Source: Callorhinchus milii
Lineage: Eukaryota
Assembly (NCBI RefSeq): GCF_018977255.1
Contig: NW_024704742.1
Span: 15,254,001 to 15,318,000, forward strand
Length of the DNA: 64,000 nt
Direction: 5' to 3'
A model generated the notes under the pieces. That model had not been told where the DNA came from. It did no database searches and saw nothing but the letters and a program-made list of their open reading frames with translations. The first letter of the stretch is position 1. Each line of letters starts with the position of its first letter. The position numbers were made by a program, and so were the translations under genes. Positions 1 to 13,680 of the stretch are shown here, piece by piece.

Positions 1-1769
1 ATGCATTCCTCATAGGAAAGTATAATCCTAGCATGCAAAAATAAGTTGTCTTAACCTACTAAACTACGGCAAATGAGAATTGATGGTTTAATTCATTTCT
101 GTTGGAACAAACGCATTTGATAATCCCACACGTTTGGTCATTTCTTGGTCTTCTTAATGTAATTGAATTATGGCAGGAAATGGCACAGACAAATTTAGGC
201 TTAACTACTGCAGAATGGGATAAAGTTCAGATACAGCTATGGGGACAAACACCACCTCAATGTGCAGCTGCACTTCTGACAATGGGTGTGTTGTGTTTAA
301 ATGAAGAGCATGGACGTTCATATACTTCTTGATCACTATTTCAGCACTTGAGAGAACTTCTGTTAAAAGCACCATTTGAGAGAAGTTCAAAGATGCACCG
401 TAGCACACTACCTGTAAACATCCATCTCCACTGCAAAACCCAACGTTGATTCCCTCTCCTCCCCACCCCAGCATACAGAAGATTGCATCCATAAATCTCT
501 GGGAATTATTAAGAAAGCCTTGATCAGAGAGACAGTGTACTCAAGGTGAGATATCCCAGTGGACCTTCAAACTCAGTCCAGGCTTTGATGACCCTGAATT
601 TAAGGTCACTAATACAGTAGATCAAGATTTGACTCTAGTGATTGGCTCTGAGGTATTCCTTTCCCCGTCCAGACCATTCCCCGTCTATAAAATCTGCTTG
701 TGACAGGCTGTAATAGAGATCATCAGGAAAGCATTTGAACTCATTGGCACCGGAAACTTTTCTAAAGATTTTAAATTCAACAGACACTCCCTTTCTCCTA
801 CCTTCTGGTCACCCCTGCTGAGTTGATAGTATTCTCACCTGAGTCATAAGATTGTGAGGTCTATCTGTCTGTGCATGTGGACATTAAAGATCCCATGGTA
901 CTATTCAAGAAGCAAAGGGAGTTTCTCACGGTGTCTTGGCCAACAGCCTACCATATACAATTGAATATTCACTTCATGGCTATTTGTGGGGCATTGCTCC
1001 GTGCAAATTGGCTTCCACGTTTGCCTTCAAAATGCACGGTCACTACACTTTACAGAATGTGCTGTGAATTGTTTTGAGATGTCATCCTGATGTGAAAAGC
1101 ACCATATAAATGTAAGGATTATAATTATATAATTAATGCCTCTGGATGTCACACGAAGAACATATTATAAAGAGGTACTAATGAAGGGAATCCGAAGACA
1201 ATTTGAGATAGCAGGAATCAATATCTTCCAGAGAGCCTTATAAACAGTCTCCAGTAATAAAGGATGGAAAAGATGGAAAATACAAAATATGGTCAGATAA
1301 TTATTGCCAGCATTTAAAGGTGTTCACAGCAGCTTTACTTTTACAGTACCTTTCATGCAGAAAATGTCTCAAACCACTTCACAAAGATGGAGTGGAGGTG
1401 CAGGGTGGGAGATGGACCAGGTTGGGGCATTAGGAGGGAAATGACTGAAGGTGCAGTCAAAGTTCTAGGCTTGTAGAAGGGTTAAAAAAAGCAGCGAGAA
1501 AGGATGCAAGGTGGAGTGATCTAGGGAGAGAGATCGAGAGAGCAGGAGCAAGGTGGCTGAAGGCTTCCTGGGTAGGGAAACCGGGAACTGGTCCGTGGTA
1601 AACTAGTGACTGGGAAATGCCCCTGACTCCTGATTTTGGCACAGTTTTAGGCCTGAAACCCCATAAGATCATCCTGACCATTGCTATCTTTGTCTACACT
1701 GATCACGGATCAGTTGATACAATATTGCTGGATTCCTCACTGTAGGTAAAAAAAGGTTTTAGAAAAAAA

Positions 1770-2110
1770 CGAACATAAGAATTGGTAACCAAAAGAAGAC
1801 CAAGGTCCATCCAGTTCGCCTTCCACCACCCTGTAGTCGCATGCACATGTCACATGTCATGTCCCAAACTACATACTGTATTCTGAGATATTATTTCCTA
1901 ACAGAAATCTATCTAATTTGTCTTGAAAAAAATCACTTTCTGCTTCCACTATCTCCCTAGGGAGCCTGTTCCTTACATTTACTACTCGCACACTGAAATA
2001 GTGTTTCCGCAGATTTGTTTTGAATTTACCCCTCTTCAATTGCAGGCCGTGTCCTCTGGTTCTACTGTTCAGTACAAGATAAAACAGCTCATCATGGTCT
2101 GCGTATAAAT
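1770..2110 (-). mobile_element. Old CR1 3' fragment (similar old fragments at about 7105-7310, 18340-18610, 40480-40810, 42445-42560, 48585-48820)
   Basis: aacataagaa...ggtccatccag tail and reverse-strand CR1 3' ORF signature. Confidence 0.65.
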
Positions 2111-2364
2111 CTGTGTTAAACAGTGAAGAATGCTTATTTTTTCCCTTTCATTCTAATATTAAAGCCAAGATACTTACAAACTAAATTAGCTTCACAGTTC
2201 CTTAGCACGGGGTGTAACTTTAATGCAGTTCTCAACCATGTTAAAGCTATAATACATCAAGCTCCATGATGCATAACACATGTCTTAATGAACTTTTGCT
2301 GCCATTCAGCTGAATACCCTTGATAACACCAAATACATTAATACACAGTGACATTAGTTTCCAA

Positions 2365-2620
2365 CGCCCTGATCGACAGCCTTCCCAACTCCATCCTCCA
2401 CAAACACTAGACCATACAGAACTCCACAGCCCATAACCTCTCTCACACTAGGCTTCACAAGCGCATCACCCCCATCCTCAGCAGACTCCACTGACTTCCT
2501 ATCAACTAGCAGATCGACTTAAGATCCTCATCTTCAAATGTCTCCACAGCATTGCATCACCCTATCTCTGTGATCTTCTATGACCCTACTTCCCCAGCTA
2601 TTCTGGGCTTGTCTGATGTC
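2365..2620 (+). mobile_element. Old L2 fragment
   Basis: catcacccccatcctcagcagactccactgacttcct resembles HITPIL..LHWLP. Confidence 0.7.
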
Positions 2621-3436
2621 TTCCATTCACCATGAATCTTACCACGTGGGGCAGCATCTCGGAGCGCTTAAACCAAACCATCACCAGCAGACGTGACTCG
2701 ACTGAAAGAGTGCTTTGTATATTTCTGTAGCATTGTATGCAAAGGAAACATCTTTTATTCGGGCTAACAATTTTTCAACCTTAACGCGTTTCTGAAAATG
2801 CTTACTCTTAGCACTGGCGCTGACTTTCCTTAACAACTTTATAAATCATGGATGAAAAATCTGGTGTGTTATCAATAGAACATTCCACTCCAAGAGATAT
2901 CCCAGTCAATGACTACTACAGGGGAGCATCCATCTCTCCCCTCCCCAACTTTGTTCAAATGTTTTTTGCCCAAAGCCAGGTTGTTGCTGCATTGAGCTGA
3001 CCAATGATGCCTTTGACCTGTGTGGAATCCCAGCATTTTGGTACTAGTTTGGGGAATGCTGGTTTAGTTTAACTATTGAAGTTGCAATAGAATCAGCACT
3101 GAAATGCTGAGATCTGTGTGGTACCAGGATCACTATACAAAAAAAAATATCCTTGCCTTTGGTATAGAACCTTATGTCATTGAAATGTCTGAAAGCATTT
3201 CACAGGATTTTACTTTGTATTTGTAGCCAAACTTGGTAGCCAATTTGTGCCCAGCAATGTCCCATGAGAGCCATGAAGTGAATGACTCTATTAACGTAGC
3301 AAAATACACAGTAACTACAGTTTACAATAAAGTCCTGCGAAGGGCTTTAAGATTTTTGATAATGTGATAAAGCGTTATATCAAATGGAATTATTGTTATG
3401 TCATACTGTGCAGAATTTGGCATATTTACAACAAAA

Positions 3437-3754
3437 CAGCGTAGAAATTTTAACTGCATCTAGATTAACTCTATTTTCTCAGCATTTCAGAGCAGTCAGA
3501 ATTTAGCTAATTCTTAAATAAAGACTTAACTTTAAAAATAGTTTTTGCGAACAATAATAACTATCCTTACATTTGATATGTCAGAAGGGATTCTCAAAGC
3601 ACTTTAGAGAATTTTATTGTAAAACGTTGTACCTTTTTAGGCTAATTCTTAAAGAACTACGGACAACTGACTTTAAAGTTAAGACTGAATTCAGCAATTT
3701 ACCAAATTCCGGATGCTTTTAAATGCTGAGAAAACAGAATAAATCTTTACGCCC
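3437..3754. mobile_element. Same MITE family, interrupted by a SINE tail fragment
   Basis: Arms agattaactctattttctcagcatttcagagcagtcagaattt and reverse complement agatttattctgttttctcagcatttaaaagcatccggaattt. Confidence 0.7.
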
Positions 3755-5759
3755 AGTGATAACACACAGACAATTGAGCAAAGCATTTATAAAAAGGATT
3801 GCAAGTTTTAGTACTCTCACATAAAGGTAATAAGACATGTTCTTATTAATCAAATATTGAATGCTTATCTTACTGCTCAAGCAAAAAAGAGCCAGATCTC
3901 ACTTTGACTGTGCTAACTTTTTCCAAAGTTTTATGTCTCATGAATTGTGTGCTTATGGTAGCAATCAACATGTTCAGGCTGAAGAAAGGAGCACTTTCCC
4001 ACTTCAGCATCCAGTGTCAGCATGAAGTACTCACAGTTCGGATAGAGCACAGCAAGTTGTGGAGTAAAGTTTCCTCTATTCTGCCTCAACAATTTGCCTT
4101 AACCCCAGCTTCAGAAGAGCATTCAATTCGACATTTCAATTTTACACACCCACTCTCCTCGTGGCCTCTCAGAGTAAGATTGCCAACTTAGTACTAGTTT
4201 CGTGCTGTGACCCACATTCATTTTTCTGACTTTATGTTTGATTGTTTAACAGGGAGAACTGGAACAAATCACTGAATTCTGACACTAGTTTGCAAACCCA
4301 TTTTACGCTTGACCAGGATGTGCGAAAACTGCCAATAAATATCCAGTACTTTCAATTCTTCATACATCTTGCTATCCGTTTGAATCATTTGCTCAGCAGT
4401 TCACTTTGAAGATGGAATGTGCTTCCAGACAAGCTTCGCAAAAATGATCCGACTTTGAAAACGTCCCAATGTCTTTATGGAAACATTGACAGCGATTTCA
4501 GAAAGAGTGGGGGAGGAAATTTGCTGCGTGTCACGTGATTGAAAGTAGGACAGCAGGCGAGATAAAGATAATGATATTATGAGATGGAGTTTACATGTAC
4601 ATCTGAAGTTGACAGGTACAGCTTTCAACCATCACCACTTGGGGAGATGAGAATATGGAACAGGTTTCCAGATCTGCAAACTTTGACTGTAGTACAGGCT
4701 CATCTTCAGCAGGCTTTGATAATAAGCACAACATGTTTCCAATAATCACAGAATCACAGGGGTGAAAAAAGACAGTTTGTGATGTGAACTTTTAACATCG
4801 AGCTAAACTGGCACTGAAATGATGGGCTCTGCGAGGCGGCAGAATCTAAGGTGCTGTCAGATGGTTCATTGGCTACAATAATAATAAAATAATAATAATT
4901 CTTGCTTCTGATATAGCACCTTATCATGTTGGCGAAACATCTGAAACTGCTGCACAGTAAAGTCTAGTAACCATAAAGTCTAGCTACAGCGTATTTATTG
5001 CAAACAGCTATTGACTTTTGGGTAAAGCCATTTGAATCAAATGTGGGAGTGGTCCTTCGTAGCAGGTATCAACTGGAACATCTCCGTGCTGGAATGTCCC
5101 ACAACCCACATGCACATTGCATGATGCAGTTTTAATCTCACAGAATTTTAAACCACAGAAACAGCCCATTTGGCCAATGAAGTCTGGTCTGATGTTTTTC
5201 TCCACTTGAACTATTGAATGTAGCAATAACTGGACTATATATAGTGTTACAGCAAAGAGCTTTAACAGAATTCATAAGAGAGAAATTAGCGACGTCTGAA
5301 AACACATTTGATTTGGTGATTGCATAGTGTACAAACTGTCACAAATTTACCCTCACAGTATTTTTCTTCAAGTTCTCTGGTGCTTAAAGAAAGTCCCCAA
5401 ATACAGGAGGAATCAGGTGAAGACAATCTATCTGTGAGCTTCAGGAGGCAGCATTAAAGGATGCAGCAGTGTGAAGCCTTGTGAGTTACAGCTGACCAGT
5501 AAGCTCTTAGCTTTCTTAGCTCAGGAGGCCTGAGCTTGAATGATGGATTACAGAAATAAGGTTAGAGCTTAACCTTCTCTCCTCCGAGCACCATGTTCAG
5601 TTACTCACTCTATCTTTCTCTCCTCCAATTATATGCTCACTCACTAACTCAAACCGTCTCTCTAACAATCACATGATCAGTCACTCATCTTGATCAATTA
5701 GTGACTGTCTTCCTTGGGGGTTGGCGGGTGGGGTAAGCAAGGTCTCCTTGGAGCTAATA

Positions 5760-6256
5760 TGTTTGGAAATGGAATGTCAGAATTGAGTCTCAGGAGTCTG
5801 GTTCCTGAGCCAGGTGGATCTATAGTTCTCCAGGGCACTGCTGATGGCAGCTCAGTGAGCCTGGCTCATTGGTAGGTCTTGGTTGAATGCTCCTCACTCA
5901 GTTCCTGTTAATCCTCCAAGCCAAACCCCTAACAGGTTTGGTGGTCCTAGTTGAACAAGCAGTGGGAAACATGCCAAGTTAGGGCTCTCATGGCAAGCTA
6001 TGCAGTTTTAGCTGGTTCAACTCCAGCAGTACCCCAACACACACTCTGGAATCCCCAAGCCTTAAGATTCTCTGGAAATACATAAGAGGGGCTTCCAGGT
6101 TTTCCTGCCAAGGATAAAGTGCACATTCCACTACACACGCAAGAGTTTCCATGTGTAGGTGGCACAAAAGGAGCTTGAAATCTGGTTTGGATACTCTTAA
6201 ACACGGTGATGGGTTTCCGCATGTGTCAGATATATGGCTGACCAAATATTTTAAAA
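5760..6256 (+). repeat. Unidentified interspersed repeat family X
   Basis: Homologous to 8830-8945 (-), 21925-22445 (-), 25300-25630 (+), 28470-28890 (+), 41985-42240 (-), 46750-46808 (+); shared 3' end gtgatgggtttcc.catgtgtcagaca..cggctgacc plus A-rich tail. Confidence 0.8.
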
Positions 6257-7379
6257 AATCCTCTAGACTCTTTCCTCCGAGCACACGCTCAGTTACTCAC
6301 CCCCACTTTTGGATGAGTGGGGAAAAGAACAATAAGATTTATTCTTCCAGGGGTCACTCATTACAGAAAGAGGAGATTTTAGACGGCATATGTCAGTTAT
6401 TAAACAATTACACAACAAAACCCACATAAAAGATTAAAGGGCATCATTTTTTTTTCTAACTTCATCTTCCAAAACCAGCACAGGCTGATCGAGTCGCTCC
6501 CCAGAGGCTGGCAGCTGTGAATACCCAACAACCCAGGTCAAAGTGAAGGCTAATCTCTTGCAGATATAGATAATGTCAACCAGCTTGCTGGCAGTTAGGA
6601 TCACAGAGGAGTACAGGGGAGACCTACCCCTGACAGAAAACTCACATTGTTTTCATTTCTTTCCCTTTTCTTCACCTATTAAGAAACCTGAGGTAGACAA
6701 TCTCACTTCAAAGGAGCAGGCTGTCCATGCAGTAAGCAGGGAGGAGCATGATCAGTTTGAGGCATCATCTAAGAGTGAAAAACCTGTAGCAAGAACAGAT
6801 GAGGGCTGTTCTGTCCTTTAACTATTCCTATGATCATTAAACTCTTCAAACTAATATGGGGTTATTTTGTTCTGATTTCTAAGAGGGTTACGCTTCTGAT
6901 TTTTTTCTGAATTGTCTTGATTAAATTTTTCCCACTGTAAGATAGCCCCATATTTCTTTTGTCTGTCTGGACTCAAGTATCTGTTGTTCAGTGGGCAATC
7001 TGTTCCTAGAACCTCTACAAAAGCCTGTATCTCTAGGGTGCTGTTCAGATATGTGAAAAACTCACCAAGCAAGGCAATTGAATAAGCTTTCTCTGCCTCT
7101 CCTATCACAAGATCGCAAGGGAGGTTCGGATGAAGGAGGCCTTTCGGCTCATTTTATTTCATCTTTCCAGAATACCTACCCCACTGTTGTCTAGAACCGG
7201 TCCAGTTTCCTGGCCTCAACCTACCTTCCTGGTAACCTGTTCTAGTCTTTACTGCCAGGTAAAGAAATACTTCCTGGTGTCTCTCTGGAAACTGGAAACC
7301 TGTTGTCATGCATTCAAAAGAAAGTATTTATTTCTCATTCCTTTTCTTTTGCAGGGAGAAGTTGCAGCCTACATACACC

Positions 7380-7737
7380 ATAATAAAAATCCTTGCATTT
7401 GAAATAGCGCCTTATCATGTCTTCAAGGTGTCTCAAAGTGTTTCACAGAATATAGTGTAAAGTGAATTGACTGTATATTTTGTGGGTGAAATGTGGCAGC
7501 CAATTACACACAACAGTGTCCCTCAAACAGTCATGGATTGAGTGACCACATTTTTTTTCAGGGATTATTACCGCCGGAAAAGCAATCCGCCAATCAAATA
7601 ACAACCGGGTTCCTACTTACTGCTAAAAGGCTTATGGAGCAAGTAAACTTGCTTATACTTTTGTCCTGCCCGGATTCAAACCCAAGTCCTCTCGTTTGTG
7701 AGGCAAGTGCTCTAAACACTAAGCTGCAGTTCTCCAC
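7380..7737 (-). mobile_element. SINE family A
   Basis: Same head, body and tail as 34373-34710. Confidence 0.85.
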
Positions 7738-10700
7738 AACATCTCTTACAACATCATCAACAACAATAAGAATAGAATGGGTCTTCCTCCAACTCTAAGA
7801 AGTCAACAACCTTTTCAACACATTCTTCAAGATTCTGTGAGTGCAAAGGGTTCACATTAATTAAAATCAAATCTGTAATTATGTTTGGAAAAGTAAGCTC
7901 TGTGGTTGCTGCAACAAACACATCAATTCAGCCACTTGTCCATGGGCCACTTGGCCAGAGTTAATTGCTACAACATGCCATCCTTGTTTGCATTTTATTT
8001 TCAAGAAAACGAATCCAGTTTTTACATTTATTTACATTTATTTTCAGATTGAACCACAAAGTACAAAAATAATCATTGGTGTAAACACGTCCCAATAGCC
8101 AGTCCAACATATACAACATCTTGCAGATGTTCTAAAAGAATTCACATGTGTTCCCTGTCACTCAATCCAACTAAGCAGGAGGAAAAATGGGGGGGAAGGG
8201 AAAATAAGGTTTCTCCGCTCCATTTTAGATCAGCTCCATGCCCTGAGTTGCTTGACCCTGCGAGGTGGCTTGATACCTGAACTAATAATGTTAAAAGATA
8301 ATTTAATTTCTTGCTGCAATGTACAAAAAAACCCAGACAGCATAGGTCAGTGATATTAAACACAAATAACAGCCACATGGCATAGAATATTATTGGATTT
8401 TAGAAAGGTTGGGTTTTGGTCAAAAAAGGGAAACAACTGGTCGTACTTCACACAGGTAGTGTCCATGATATTTTATAAAAGTAAAAAAAAACACCAACAG
8501 CCTCTTCTACCCATTCCCACTCCAGGACTTCGTCGGTGAGTGTCTGTCAAGCAGTTGTGTCTGCAGAGTGGTTGTCATTGTCTTCATCATGGTCTCTCTT
8601 CTCCAACCTCCCCTTTAGCAATAGGTTTGTGACACTCAGCCACACTTCTGGACAATGGAATGTGTCTCCCCTTGGCTATATTGTGCAACAAGCAGCAGAT
8701 TAGAATATCTTCAGCATGTTGGTGAGGATGATACTGTAACAAACAGCACAAGTGATCCAAACAGAGAAATGTTGTTTCAAAACCTCAAAGATGTACTCAA
8801 GTGATGACCTGAGTAGGCTTTCGAGCAGAATTTTTTTTTGATCAGCCGGGTGTCTGACACATGTGGAAACCCATCACCAAGCTTAAAAGTATCCAAACCA
8901 AACTGAGAGTTCCATAAATCTCATCTATACATAGAGATTCCAGCCCAGTTTTCCTGCCCACAGCTTGGACACATATCCCTCCCCATTGAGTGATGGTTCC
9001 ACCAGTTCGAGGTGCGGAGTTTGAGCAGCAGCTGCTTACGTCTCCGCAAACCAAATAAGGTGGATTCCAAACACCGGATGTACAAATGCAGGTTCACAAA
9101 CTCAGACGCCAGGTAACGAGTCCCAGTAGCTGTTGCACGAAGACTCAGAATTTCCTCATCATCCACCTGAGCAGAATTGTACCATTCCTCCTGGATTCCT
9201 CCTAGTCCCCATCCTCAAGGAAACATCCATCTACTTGAAGATTTGAAGGGATTGGCAAACCTCATAAGGCAGACTTGATGCCTTGGAGTGGGATCAGGAC
9301 AGTGCCCATTTGATCTCATCCTTCCACAATACCCACTGTACTTCCCTCCCAGCTGGATTCCAAGCACTGCATGTACAAACATGTGTCCATGGAAGTGGGT
9401 ATTTAATAATAGTAATATCCCTGCATTTGATATAGTGCCTTAACACGTCTTCTAGATGTCTCAAAGCACTTCACAGAATATATTGTAAAGTGAATTGACT
9501 GTATGTTTTGTGGGTGAAACGTATGTCTGTATTGTGAAACGATGAGATGCTACAAGACGCCATCCAGTGTGAAGGGCGCTATAATTGTTATTATTGTTGT
9601 GGAAGGGCCTTTTGGAAGAAGTCCATAATGTAGAAATTGAGAGTGACTCTTAATTTGAATACCACAAACGGCACTATCCTGAAATAAATCTTGAGAGTCT
9701 TCTCCCAAACTCTATTACTTTCAAATTATTTAATTGATACATTATTGCCCTGAATATCTAGCTAGATATGTGCAAGACATCTAGATGCTGTAATGGGAAA
9801 GCAATAGAGTGGGTATTGTGGAAGGATGAGATCAAATGGGCCAAAGGGCCTTGTTCATCCAAACCAATCCTGTGATCTTATGAAATGGAACGATTATTAT
9901 TATTATTATCATTAGATTCACCTAGTAGGAGCACACAAATTGACCTGCCAGAATATAAAGCACTTGGTCACAAAGAATGCTGACAATCAGTCTGCATAAC
10001 ACAGGAGATTAACCTCAAAAATTGTAAAACACATATTTAGAGGCATCAACAATTGCCATAACAATCTTTACCATTGATTTCAACTACCACTTCTAAAAAA
10101 AAAGGAGGGATTTTTGAATGGTGTCATAATATGTAATAGGGAGCACAATCCTCTGAGTTACAATGCAAATCTACTTTCAAGACAGTAGCTCATTTGAGTC
10201 ATGTGGAATGTAACAAGGTCAGTAAAGGATTAACAATTCAACCAAGCTCATTCATGCAAAACTAGATGTCATATGTGCATTTGATCAAATTATAGAACAT
10301 CTTTAGTGTATGATTTCAAGACCAAGATCTTTCTCCTATTAATCATAGCACCTCTCAACTTGCTGAATAATTTACAAGGTTTGGCTACAATCTGAAGTTT
10401 GTCTATTTTACTGCAGATAAAGTTCTGCAGCTCTCAGAGACCACCCACACCACTGGCTCCCGAAATGATCCTGTGAGCTGCAAGAATCTATAAGATCATA
10501 CATAGGGCATGCTAGATTGTTTATTTATTGTTTGAATTGATTTGAGAAGGCTGCCTTCTGACACATCCCAAATGCAAAAGGCTCCCACAAAGATTATCAG
10601 TCTATAATCTGTAATAAAATAAAGGATAGCACACAGCACCATAGAGTGTGGCAAATTCATTGTAAAGCATTGTAATACAAGCTTATTATTTACATATATT

Positions 10701-13379
10701 ACAAATATTTTTAGGTTTTCGGAAGAGGGCGTATTTTATGCAAGCGCTCCAAGATGCCGTCCTGCGTGAAGGGCGCTATATAAATGCAAGTTGTTGTTGT
10801 TATTTTGAGACTTATGCTGACCCATTTTGGGGACGTAATGCACCAAAGTTTGAATATCAAATCATATAGTGTTGGATTTCCTTCCTGAGGTTGTACGCCT
10901 GTATTGCTAATGGAAATATGCTTAGGTTAAGCTACATGTGTGTGCGGAAAAAATTGTAATTAATAGTCAACAAAAAGGATTGCAGATAATCCTAGAATCC
11001 TTTACAGTTCACAACTTTGTTAGATCCCACGGGTATTTGTAGCTATAGCTGATGCTATAACTTCTGTGATGTCCATGATTCACCAGCTCCATCCTTTACT
11101 TTGCAGAACACTTTGCTAAGAGATGTTTTTGTGCACGATCCTTTTATAATAAAAGCAGTACTTCAATACAGTCAGACAAACTAGTTATTCTCATTATCCT
11201 TCTCGAGTGTTCACCTATAAAATATGCAATCACTCCACTTTATAGTAAATCATGTGCAGTGCTTTAAGACTACCTCCTGATGTGTAAGGTACTCTATAAA
11301 ATGCAAGAATTATTTTATTATTATTGTTCCTACAATCTTATTTTCATCATCAATTCAGACCTACACAAAACTGATCATTCAAAGATTGAGGGCTCCTTTA
11401 AATAACTAACTTGTATTCTTAAAATAATTTTTTAACACATTGGTGTTTTTTGTGAAAAGATCACACCCCAAAAAACTAAAATTGGGCAACATGATATGAT
11501 AACAACTTACTGGAGACCAAGTTGTGTAACTAAATAATGGAGCAAATTATACATGTCTGATTAAAAACAAGAAATTAATTAAAACACCTGCAAAAATAAT
11601 AAGAGTGATATTATGCGAATTAGGGGAAAAGCAGCAAAAATGGCAATTTACAGCAACAACTTACATTTATATAGAGCCCTTCACGCAGGGTAACATCTTG
11701 GAATGCTTTGTCGTTTAATCACTTAAGTTATGTCATAGAAAACACATCGGGAGCCCATATACATCAAACTGAAATGTGAGAACTCGGCTCGGATGAAAAT
11801 AAGCTACTTTGTGCTTTCTTCTCCATAAACCATTAACAATTGGATTAATTAGTCACTCTCACTGAGTTTACATTTGCTCCCTTCACCAATAGTCAACACT
11901 GTGACTGGCTAAGTCTATGCTCAATAAGAGGCTGCACACCACCTTCCGTTCCATCAAGCAACTAACAGAAATTAGCCACAGAAACCATCTATGTTTTCTG
12001 GCACAGTAACAGCAAAGGGAACTGTAGCATGATTACAATTCATTATTTTGTCTCCATGTGCATGATCACCATCAGTGGGTGAAATGGATGAGCTGGCCAG
12101 AGTACACAATGTGGGACATGGTCCATTTAATTGGCCTGGTTCCATTTGGAAGTTTGACACTCAATCCCAATTGGTAACAACAAAATTGCTATCCCAGGTA
12201 AAACAAGTACTACTTTCTAGCATAGAAGCGTGTTTAGTCAAGCAGAGTTACTGGAATGTTTGAGGTTTCAGCTACTGTCTTTTTGAACTGGTGGTCCTAT
12301 ATGAAAGCCACTACTCTTGAAGTCCTGTGGGTCTTCCTTTGAGGTCTTTTGATTCACACTGGCAATGTTCCATTAATTTTATCTCGTACAGAACAATTTA
12401 GAATATGAAGGACTTACTGATAATTCCCTGAAGTGGCACAATAATCCAACCTATTTGCTCACACAGGCTCACAAAGTCTAGGAGAAGGCACAATGTGAAG
12501 GTGACACAGGCAAATATATTGTAGAGCACCATCTGGCCTTCAACCAGATTCCGACTTCTCTTCCCCAAATAAGGTATAATAACTATAAGCAAACATTCAT
12601 TATCAAAGAGTTAAATAAGTATCAACCATTCACTTTGCTACTTACAAGGTTCAAAATAACTGTAGTTATTTATATGTTTTCTACGGTTATGTTATCTAGG
12701 GCGTAGTAGAAAATATGATTCAAAAGGAGTGAAAATACAAGCAATAGGATCTCTCATTTACATATATCATTATGTCAAACCTCTGTTAAATTGGTCTGCA
12801 GACTTCTTGCAAAAGCACACACAGTTCTTTTCATTTCATTTAAGATGAGATCAACTGCAAACAATTAAAAATGCTGCAGTCGGTGTCTTTCTCTTCACTA
12901 TGTCCACAAGACTGGTTCAGTAACTCCAAGCACACCATATGGACCCATTGTAGGAAACTGTGGTACGCTGATGGACTCCATTTTCAATCATTCTGACATG
13001 TGCATGTTGCAAATTTGGATCTTGATTTCTTGCATTGCATATTACAGGGGACTGGCATTTGGTACTGGCCTGGCCATAAATTAAACTTCAGAAATCGACA
13101 CTCAGGCATTTGTACGACTACTCTCAGGCACTCCCCCACATTTACGCTAATTTCCTTATCTTAATGGTAAACGAAAGATGCAGAGTCCCATAGCTCTGAT
13201 ACAGCATTTCATTTCTTCTTCAATTTATTTTCTTTGAGTTTTTTTGGGCTCCCCACAACCCACTCCAAAATCTTTGGTGACTTTCTATCCCTAACAAGGC
13301 ATTGTGGATATCTAGAACTCAGTCACTAATCAATTAGTAGTAACTTCATTTTGGATCTATACCAGTAACTCCATAATGG

Positions 13380-13680
13380 GTATAATAATAATAATCCTTG
13401 CATTTGATATGTTTCACGTTCTGAGGAAATCGCAAAGTGCTTCATAGGATTCATTTCAAGGTATAGTGAATGTGTAATTTGTAGGTGAACTCAACAACCA
13501 ATTTGTGCATAGTGATGTCCCAAAAACCAGACATAAAGTGAAAAACCAAATTATCTGGGAAACAGTTGACCAGGACACTGGAAGAGATGCCTTCTCTTTT
13601 TGAGTAGTGGCATGGGATCCTGAACCTCCACCTGAAAAGGCAGGTGAGACCTCGGTTTAACGTCTCATATGAAGGAGGTC
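13380..13680 (-). mobile_element. SINE family B (further copies at about 820-1130 +, 14790-15050 -, 23005-23290 -, 38428-38790 +)
   Basis: gcatgggatcc...ccacctgaaaaggcag...cctcggtttaacgtctcat core. Confidence 0.78.
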
